DNA of 64,000 nucleotides from Octopus vulgaris (lineage: Eukaryota), in contig OX597816.1 of assembly GCA_951406725.2 (NCBI GenBank), forward strand, positions 146,320,001 to 146,384,000. Reading direction: 5' to 3'. Within the stretch, counting starts at the first letter, position 1. Each line of letters begins with the position of its first letter. Below, piece after piece: positions 54,376 through 64,000 of the stretch. Position numbers and translations under genes: made by a program. Below the pieces are notes generated by a model that had not been told where the DNA came from, searched no databases, and saw only the letters and a list, made by a program, of their open reading frames with translations.

Positions 54376-56389
54376 TCATCTACGTTAAAAGTGTTGTTTC
54401 TTCCTGTGTGGTTATGAATATCTCTTCCCCCAGGTTCACCATATTTCTCCCAATAATTGTCTAATGAAATGGACTTGTTATGTAGCAATAAGAATTTCCG
54501 GAACGTTATCTCATATGCAATGCAATAGACTTCGTATTCTGGAATATACCACACTACTGAAACACGTTTAGTGATATTTTATATTATAAATTCGTTTTTG
54601 TGTAAGTGTATATATTTGATATCTATACTTAATTGGTTTATGCTTTCAAATAATTAGTACATTTCCTAATGGCAAGTAATACATATAGCATTCTGAACTT
54701 CGAATAAGTTCATTGGTATATAATTGAATATGAAATCGATAAATACACTTTTCGCTATTCATATATTTGTGTCTCTAGAGAATACGATTATGATTGACGC
54801 CATCTAAAATACCAATAAAATTGATGAATACCCAGTGCCGTTTCTGTACGTATGACAGAATATTTGAGTATCAATATAAAGTATAGCGTTGATTTCTGCA
54901 CTGACTGTGAAGCATTGTTTTCCATTGTTCCTCGTGACAAGATCTGATTTAAGAAATCGCTTATCTTTGAGCTATAGATTCTGTGTCTTTTAAAGCAAAA
55001 TACTCCTCTTGTAGTTGCTGCTTAACATATAATTTGTGGTGGAAGTCTAACATTTTATCCTGCACTGATACAATTATCAACTATACTTAGAGTAGGTTAA
55101 TGTATATAGTTAGTTTTAACACTCTTTGTAAGACGATATATTTATATTATATCTGTGATTGTATAGTAATTTCATTTGTTGCAATTGGAAACTGAAATTT
55201 AAAACCTCCACAAAGAAAAGTTACTTCATGGAAACAGCGCCAAAATTATATTGTATCAAAAAGTATGACGAGTACCCCAAGAGTGAGTTCTCGCGGCACT
55301 TAAACATTATATGTCTCTATAGAAATCTACATAAAAAAAAATTTCATAAATATACGCTAAATTTGGAGAAAATCAACATTGACTGGTAATTTCCTTTATT
55401 CCCTACGAAAGGATAGAAAGTAAAGTTTGGCCTTAGTAACATGTGAACACCATGCATTTTTCAAAGGGATCGATGGTTTAACTACTTGGCCGCCCTTAAA
55501 TCATAGTCATATAAGTTTTGAGTTTTAGAGATCCTTTGATAATCTGACAGAAGAGTACAGTACACTTCATTATTTAATATATGAAAAAAATATATTGACA
55601 CAAGAAAGTGATAGCTACAAAATTTCGAATTCAACCGACTTTACACAACTGAACCTAAGGACTAAATATTTCTATACATCTAGAATGAGTCACAGGAGAA
55701 GGCAATACTTGAAACCTTTGACGACTTGTTCTTGCCTGCTTTCAAGTAAAAAATCATTAATTAAGAATAATAATTACAATAAAGACTATAAAATAGTTGA
55801 TTTAGGAGTTACGCACACACATTTACTACGATACAACACCTTTCCAAAATCATACAGGAATAGACTCATACTGTAAATAAACACCTAAATTAATAAAACC
55901 CACAACTTGCCCCACAGAAGGGCGATACCTGACAAAAGAATACAATCTGCGTTACACAAACAACACTCAAGTTAAAAACTAATGCAACCGAAGACTCAAA
56001 CTATACCCCATAACCAAACATTCTGATACAATATAAGATACCCACACCCGCCAAAAAATGCAACATACACCACGCCACCATCACAAAGGTTCAACAAATT
56101 ATGCAAAAGAAAGTTGCTTAAAACTTTTAGATGTCGAGAAAGAACAGTGGTGATGACGATGGGGACAATTGTTAGCTTACCTCAGTAACAGCGAAAATGA
56201 AGTTGTTACAGCTTACCTCAGTTTATGTTTATAACAATGAAAATGTAGTTGGGACTTTAAGGAGAGGCCTCTCGCGCGGCAGTGGATTAGTAAAAATGCA
56301 AACTGACCACAGCATCACCAGACAATAGTGCAAAGAGGAGGAAGTTGATCATCGAAAAAAAAAAACAGGATAGTAATAATGTTACTTAG

Positions 56390-56830
56390 AAAGTGAACCT
56401 AAAAGAATGGGCTATAGCAAACGGATCTTAACAATTTGGGTTGCTGAGCAGAGATTAGTTGATCAACTTAGTGCTATCTATATTCCAGTTTTAGTACTAA
56501 TATTAGAATGGAATTTGGACACAAGGAGTTCGGAATAATCTACCTAAAATGAGGCAAGTTACAGTCCCTAGCTAGGATAAAATAACCGAATAGATACTTT
56601 ATTAAACAAATTGAAACGGAAGGAAACAAATACTTTGGTTTACTAGAGTCCAACGAGATAACGGAAAAGAAAATGATGGAGCAACTGAGGATGGAGTATT
56701 CCCGAAGACTGAGGTTGGTGTTGCGCTCAAAATTAATCTGGATGTAATTAACATCCAGGTATGAAGCGGTAATTATAAAATGACATAAGAGAGTGAAGAA
56801 AATGAATACCAAGACCAGAAAAATTTTGAC
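56390..56830 (+). mobile_element. Internally deleted R4/Dong LINE relic
   Basis: GYSKRI..EQRLVDQ joined directly to IRMEFG..KYFGLLE..EYSRRLRLVLRSKL. Confidence 0.7.
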
Positions 56831-56850
56831 AGTATTTATATATATATATA

Positions 56851-57047
56851 GGCGCAGGAGGGGCCGAGTGGTAAGTAGCTTACCACATGGTTCCGGGTTC
56901 AGTTCCACTGAGTGGCATCTTGGGCAAGTGTCTTCTGCTATAGGCTCGGGCCGACCAATGCCTTGTGAGTGGATTTGGTAGACGGAAACTGAAAGAAGTC
57001 TGTCGTATATATGTATACATATATATATATATATGTAAATATATATG

Positions 57048-57084
<37 letters not shown>

Positions 57085-57306
57085 ATGTGTGTATATGTTT
57101 GTGTGTCTGTGTTTGTCCCCCTAGCATTGCTTGACAACCGATGCTGGTGAGTTTACGTCCCCGTCACTTAACGGTTCGGCAAAAGAGACCGACAGAATAA
57201 GTACTAGGGCTTACAAAGAATAATTCCCGGGGTCGATTTGCTCGACTAAAGGCGGTGCTCCAGCATGGCCGCAGTCAAATGACTGAAACAAATAAAAGTG
57301 TAAAGA

Positions 57307-57308
<2 letters not shown>
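56851..57308 (+). mobile_element. SINE family A, full young copy
   Basis: GGCGCAGGAG head through ATGACTGAAACAAATAAAAG tail. Confidence 0.9.
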
Positions 57309-57339
<31 letters not shown>

Positions 57340-57340
<1 letters not shown>

Positions 57341-57702
57341 TCTTTTTTCTTTTATCTGTTTCAGTCATTTGACTGCGGCCAACAAATCGAAACCGGGACT
57401 TATTCTTTGTAAACCTAGTACTTATTCTCTCGGTCTCTTCTGCCAAACAACTAGGTTACGGGGACGTAAATACACAAACATCGATTGTCAAGTGAAGTTG
57501 GTGGTGTGTCAAACACAGACACATACACATATAAATACGACGGACTTCTTTCGGTTTCCATCTATCAAATCCACTTAACAAGGCTTTGGTCGGCCTGAGT
57601 CTGTAGTAGAAGACACTTACCTAAGGTGCCACGCAGTGGAACTGAACTCGGAACTACCTGGTTGGCAAGCAAGCTACTTACGACACAGACACTCCTGAGC
57701 CT
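57340..57702 (-). mobile_element. SINE family A, near-full copy, inverted and tail-to-tail with the previous copy
   Basis: GTTTCAGTCATTTGACTGCGGCC ... ACTCCTGAGCC. Confidence 0.88.
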
Positions 57703-57735
57703 ACATACGTATATAAATTTACATAATATATATAT

Positions 57736-57822
<87 letters not shown>

Positions 57823-58037
57823 CATATATATACACGTATATATAAACATATACATGTATATATATATATATGAGTGTGTGTGTGTGCATATCTATATGCA
57901 TGCATGTGTGTGTTTAATTATATACGTATGTATGTATATCTATGTATATGTATTACATACTTGTATTATATATGTATATAATTATATATATGCATAAATT
58001 AACAGGTGCATATACATGTACACATACACACACAGAC

Positions 58038-58115
<78 letters not shown>

Positions 58116-58477
58116 GGAATGGAGTGCATATTATCTTTAACAAATTATACTTAAACCTAGTTTATTACTCCCAAAGCAAATGCTACGAAAGTTAACACAT
58201 TTATATGAAAACCTCTGAAGCTTTGTTTGTGTTATTTCAGTCAGATAAGTTAATTAGAAATGTAGCGGAGGCGTAATATTTCAGACTACGTCTTGAATAT
58301 TGTGAAGGAAACAGTATGCTCACAAAAAATAACATGTTAAATATCATTGAATGCTCTGTATAATGTTTATACGGATATGAATGGAAAAACCAAATGCATA
58401 TACCATACATGAAGCGTCATAAACTATTCGATTTCATTCGAAAAGGTTATCGAACATATGCATTATATATACACACA

Positions 58478-58569
<92 letters not shown>

Positions 58570-59035
58570 ATGCATTTCATATATATGTGAGTCTGTGTGA
58601 GTGTATGTATTACGTACATGTAAACGTGTAGACAAATACAAATGCAGAAAAATAGATTAATATTTAAATATACTAAAAATATAAGTTTATGTGTACGCGT
58701 CTCTCGCGCTATAAACTTATGTTGCTTTATCACGAATGACATACCACCAAATTATGTATATATATATATAAATATATAATTGTATATATATATATACCAA
58801 TATCATAAAAACTTGGAGAGACCGAGCAGAAATCCTTTGCCCAAAGTGTAACTGATCCCGGAACTATGTTGCTGGGAAGCTGTATGTATATATATATATA
58901 TATATATATATACACAAACACACACATATAGAGATAGATACATACATACAGACACACATATATATATATATATATATACATATACGCATTGGTATAGGCA
59001 TTACACACAGATACTTCTATATCTATCTACATATA

Positions 59036-59513
59036 CACTGTCAGTCAACACTTTATAGGTTTGTATTATATAGAGTTTTACGTTCTTCAAAATTGGGATA
59101 CCATCGTATCTTTTGATATATATATCATTGAATAGCTGACTTGTTTCTCTGGAAATTAACCGTAATCGAACATTCATTCATTTTTGGTGCTCTACTTAAA
59201 TATTCACCATTTAAGTGGTGGGTGATACTAAATTTTGAGAGATAAATATACGTTTTTTTTGCAAAGGTGTAAAGGGAAATGAAGTTGATGGTATAAATGT
59301 TACCAGATATTCTAGGGACAACACTGCAGGCATGATCGTTAGGATGAACAAGGTTTGTTCATGTAATATAAGCATTGCTGCGTTCTCTTGCACAACATAG
59401 GCTGTTATGAAAATAAAGATGCTTATATTTAATAAATTCTGTTGAAATTTCTACAAAACAAGACAAAGTAATTTTAAAGGCAATATAGATTTTGAATATG
59501 AGAGAATACGGCT
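59036..59513. mobile_element. Tc1/mariner-like element terminus, copy 1 (cut off by the Gypsy element)
   Basis: Starts TA|CACTGTCAGTCAACACTTTATAGG and is colinear over ~470 bp with 63476-63942. Confidence 0.55.
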
Positions 59514-62131
59514 ATTTGTATTCCTCCATAAGGGTGTATGTGTGTGTGGGGGGGTAATTACTTGCAGTGGCGTTGGTACTTGGATCTTATCGTACAACCA
59601 TTCCATCGGTTCCTCCAATTTCTCTGGCTGACTTTTCACAAATCACTTTTACAGTCAGTTGGTTCTTGTGTCTGTTGTGTGTGCCTTTTCTACTTCTTAC
59701 CCAGTACATTTTACTTATTTTACTTATACATTTGGTAATTATGCCATCTACCCAACTCTGCTTTCCATTTTTGTACGCCCTCATATATACCTTTTCACCA
59801 ACTGTAAAGTATCTTGCTATGTCTCTCCTGACAATTCTTCTGTTCTTGCCAGATAGCAATTTATCAAAGACTGATTTCTTTTTCCTTGCAAGCATCAGTT
59901 CCGCTTGTGAGCTAGCTGGTGGTGTATTCGGATTTGGTGTCATACGGTACACTTTTAAAAATTATTGTAGACTTCCATAGTCCTTAACTTCTGTATTCGA
60001 CTTTCTAACGGATCTCTTGAGGATATCGACAAAGCGTTCTGCTTGCTTATCCATTAGATCTGGGATGGTATGGTGCCGCAGTTATATGTTCTACAACGAA
60101 CGTTTCACTAAATCTTTTTTATTCGCTAGACACAAATTGCGTTCCATTGTCAGGCACAAGCTGGTTTGCCAAACCTTGCAAACAATCTGTGTAAAAAAAT
60201 AATCGGAATTGAAGGGGTTTGGTTTTTTACACTTACAAATCTGTGGCCATATCGAGAAACTACCAACTACCACTGAGTAGTAAGAACTATTTAAAGGACT
60301 AGCAAAATCGATGTGTAGTCTCTGCCACGGAACACCTACTTTTGAACAATGTTTACTTTTTATCGTGGGCAATTTTTCATTTCGTTTTGGCTTACTGACA
60401 TGTGGTCCACTCTGATTTACAGCAAGTTTTTGTTTCGGTCCTTCAACCGCATTCGGACCTTCGACTGAACAGACTATATTTCCACTCAAAACACTAATGG
60501 GCGTATTCCACAATTTGAATAGTTCCATCCACTCGGTGCCAAATATATTAAATGAATCATTTAATACATATATCTTTACCTTTTTCGTTTGATCTCGAAA
60601 TATTATATTACATACGAATTCACTGAAAAAAAAAAAATACAATCTTTTTTCCCGTAACACCATGTGATACCTTTTTAGATTTAATTAATTTCCGCTTACC
60701 AGTATATTTCCATGATTCTTCCGTTAATAGTGAGGACATCATTTTCAGTGTCCAACTGCATTTAATACTTGTATCCTAGATTTTCACCTTCACGAATTTC
60801 CTCATCGGTATATTTCCAATTTCTTCCGATGTTTAAACGATTTGTTCTTTTTTCTTTGTTCTGATGGTTTGTCGTCTTCGTTCTTCAATGCGTTTTTATA
60901 TATCCTATATTTCCACAACAAAAGGACTCCGCTTTTTTAAATGAAGAATTTTTCCTCAGGTGTATACCTCCTCATACAAAACAAGGGTTTATTTCCTGAA
61001 TTTTGTCGTGTTTTTAGAAAACATTTTATCTCTATTCTGACTATTTCATACTTGCTTTACTTGGAAACAATCCACGTTCAATTTCCTCTGCGACGTGTCT
61101 TAATTTGATTAAAATTTCACAATCTTCTGACACTTGCTGTATGGTTACACCCTGACTTTGTTCCAGTTTTGCTAGAATTCTAGTTCTACCTTCTGCGTCC
61201 TTTTCGGCAGCAAGTCCTAATGTAAAAATCAAGCATTTGAACATATCTGGCGTTAATTCCTCTAACTTAAACTACTCGCATTTCCTGTTTACTTTACCAG
61301 CACATGCAATGTAGTCCTCGTCGTTGTTTTTCTCTATGATCAGACACTTCCAACGAATATTGAACGATAAGCTTTCTTTCACTAAGCATTTTCCACAATA
61401 TATCTATTGTATCATAAATTTTATGTACGGCGGTTTTCTTAGAAGTACAAAATTACTGCATAGTTCCTGTTCTGCTGCCGCCAGGTTTCTCAAGATTCAG
61501 CGCGTTTTCATCTCGTCGTCACAATTTGTATATTCTTTATCGAAGATTTGCTCATATCTTTTGTAGAATGCTTCGAAAGTAACTTTTTCGTGAGGTTCGA
61601 ATTTAAACTCTGTTATGGATTTCTCTAGAACACATTCTCTATCTTTCCTGGCGACTTCAGTAATTGCAGCATTTGTTGCAGTAATATTATGTGTTGTTAT
61701 TGTTGCTTCTGTTGCTGTTATTCTTCCAGTTGCTGTTGTTGCTCTTTTTGCAATTCGATCAAACAGGCCAACAAATTTACCATAATGTTACGATTTTTTC
61801 GTTAAACTCAAACAACAAAAACTTTTGTGAGTTTATTATTTCCTCGTGAGTTGTTAATTCCTTGTGAGTAGTTAATTCCTCGTGAGTTGTTTAAATCCTG
61901 ATCGCCACTGTTACAATCTTATAATGTCGGTTTGTTATAACGCCCATGGCGATATAAAGTATACTAACTAAAACCATAAAAAGCTCAACTATCCCTGACT
62001 GCCTACTACGTATTCAGGAACTAAACGAACTTCTGTTTACTTATAGTGACTATGTTATTCTGTTCACGTGGGAGGGCTGTGCCATTATTACTAATTACCT
62101 ATAGTACAAAGTTATAGCGGTGATTTACACA
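59514..62131 (-). mobile_element. Gypsy/Ty3 LTR retrotransposon relic (gag, protease, integrase; RT/RNase H missing)
   Basis: gag SITEFKFEP..TFEAFYKRYE..FKCLIFTLGL..RTRIL, protease QLDT, integrase PWQRLHIDFASPL. PBS-like TGGCGATCAGG (61897-61907) next to the LTR edge TGTAACA at 61909. Putative 5' LTR spans 61909 to ~62131. Confidence 0.88.
61840..61893. repeat. 18-bp tandem repeat x3 in the Gypsy leader
   Basis: TTCCTCGTGAGTTGTTAA / TTCCTTGTGAGTAGTTAA / TTCCTCGTGAGTTGTTTA. Confidence 0.9.
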
Positions 62132-62162
62132 TTTCAGACTTTCTATATTTATATGTTCACTA

Positions 62163-62380
62163 GGGCGGCGACCTGGCAGAAACGTTAGCACAACGGACGA
62201 AATGTTTTGCGATATTTCGTCTGTCTTTACGTTCTGAGTTCAAATTCTGTCGAGGTGGACTTTACCTTTCATCCTTTCGGGGTCGATAAATTTATTACCA
62301 GTTGCATATTGGAGTCGATCTAATCGATTGTCTCCCTCGCCAAAAATTTCGAATCTTGTACCTAGAGTAGAAAAGAATAT
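62163..62380 (+). mobile_element. SINE family B, full length
   Basis: GGCGGCGACCTGGCAGAAACGTTAGC head, TTTACCTTTCATCCTTTCGGGGTCGATAAA core, CCTAGAGTAGAAAAGAAT tail. Confidence 0.88.
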
Positions 62381-63475
62381 TTATATATTCTCTGTGTACT
62401 CGTCGAATTAAAGAACAATACTTTAGAACCATTTCTTTAAATGTGCACTTAGTCCTTTTTTTTCTTTTTCTAGTTGCATCGAGGAGTCTCGTGTTGCATC
62501 TCATTCGCAACTCAATCACAAATACATATATGTTACAAATATACAAGCATGTGTGTGTATGTATGTGCGTTTTCATGCATGCATGTATATGTGACGTTAA
62601 TTCTACGTTGCTTATTTCCACAGAGGAATGCAAATAACAAATCTAAACTTACGAATCTTTGCTTGTTTTGAGACCCAGATGTGAAGACCTTATGGACTAT
62701 GTGCGAAGTGATTCGCTCTATTTCGATTATATCAATATTTTGAAATTCTGTAATCTGCCTTAAAATCTAGTGTTGCTTAAACAGACATAGACAATCCAAT
62801 CTACATACACTTGCTTAAACCTGTACAAAATTCAATTTCTTTTTTTATAACAGACATATCAAAATATATTTCTAAATTATTTTAAAATGCGTTTGCAGGT
62901 GATTAGTTAAATAATATTTACATGAATGGATATTGCAAATGCACAGGAAAAAACTTCGGTCAATACTGTAGTGCATTATCGGAAAACCAGAATTTTATTA
63001 GATTTTCCCTGATAACCAGGATTGATAACCAGGATTTTATTAGATATTTAATGATATATGGTCGCTCTAGCAATCCCTGTCTCAATATTACATAATATAG
63101 TGCTGCACATGTTTTATAAATGCATTTCAAATATACTTTCTACTTAGTCTCTTAAAACAATACGGCAGAGTTAATGTATTGCCATTGGCACTGTTTTTAT
63201 TGAAGGAAAGACAATTATGACTGTAGATATACCATTGACCAGAAATCAGCTCATCCGGATTGACTTGAGGTTAAATAACATCAACCTTATAGTAAATAAT
63301 TTCATCACAATTCCTATTTACTCATTATGTTGTCGCAGAAATAGCAAATGAGTATAAATAGGAAAAAAATCATATTTATATAATGCAATATATGTAATGA
63401 AAATCATTTTTGTGTTCAATATTGAAGCAATTGACATAATTAACGCTTACTTTTTCAAGAACACTATATAATTTA

Positions 63476-64000
63476 CATTTTCCGTCAACACTTTATAGGT
63501 TTATATCATACCTTGCGTTCTTCAAAGTTGGGTTACCCTTGAATCATGTTATTTATCTATCCTTGTTAAGCTGAATAGTTTCTCTGGAGTTAACAGTAAT
63601 CGAGCGTACGTATGTTCTGTGGTGCTCTACTCAAATATTCGTCATTTATAATGAGTGAGTGATATTAAATTTTGTAAGATATCTATGTATTTTATTGAAA
63701 AAAGTGTAAAGTTAAATGAAGTTTATGTAACAAATGTTACTATAAATGCAACGGACAACACTGGATGCATAATCGTTAGGTCACACAAAGGTTGTTCATA
63801 TTTAATATAAGTAGAGCTGCCCTCTCTTACATATCATAGGTGGCTATGAAAAGGAGGATGCTTAAATTTGATAAATTTTCTACAGAACACGACAAAGTAG
63901 TTTTAAAGGCAATATATGTTTTGAATAGGAGAGAATACGGCTGTAAGAGCACTTATTCAACGAACAGGTAGCTGGCGCTTAGCGTCTGGTATATGTCGTT
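63476..64000. mobile_element. Tc1/mariner-like element terminus, copy 2 (may run off the window)
   Basis: Starts TA|CATTTTCCGTCAACACTTTATAGG. Homologous to 59036-59513 up to 63942. Confidence 0.55.

Noticed and set aside
55840-56100. Possible Penelope relic (TCPTEGRYLTKE..YNLRYTN)
   Set aside because: Only a faint resemblance, with no continuous frame.
59036-59513. Interpretation of the 59036/63476 repeat pair as Gypsy LTRs or as duplicated exons
   Set aside because: The PBS and LTR edge lie elsewhere (61897-61909), and the pair has frame-breaking indels and no shared ORF.

Overview
This is AT-rich, microsatellite-saturated animal DNA, very probably from an octopus. That call is inferred from the repeat landscape: three tRNA-derived SINE families resembling published octopus SINEs, and dense (TA)n/(CA)n/(ATCT)n/(TAA)n arrays. 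Almost all ORFs in the supplied track are microsatellite translation artefacts. The window is mostly decayed mobile elements: many R4/Dong-type (RLE) LINE fragments sitting in (TAA)n, CR1-group LINE fragments, a mariner transposase relic, a Gypsy LTR element lacking RT/RNase H, a Penelope GIY-YIG 3' end followed by a decayed hammerhead ribozyme, a piggyBac-like terminus, two Tc1-like termini and a possible hAT relic. The only convincing host coding signal is one splice-bounded exon (32760-32960) encoding a signal peptide followed by CYxC, suggesting that much of the window is intron of a large + strand gene for a secreted or surface protein. Several long fold-back structures stand out: a palindrome with ~170-bp arms 1.1 kb upstream of that exon, tail-to-tail SINE pairs, and hairpin mini-elements inside (TA)n. 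I see no evidence for a complete novel multi-gene system.
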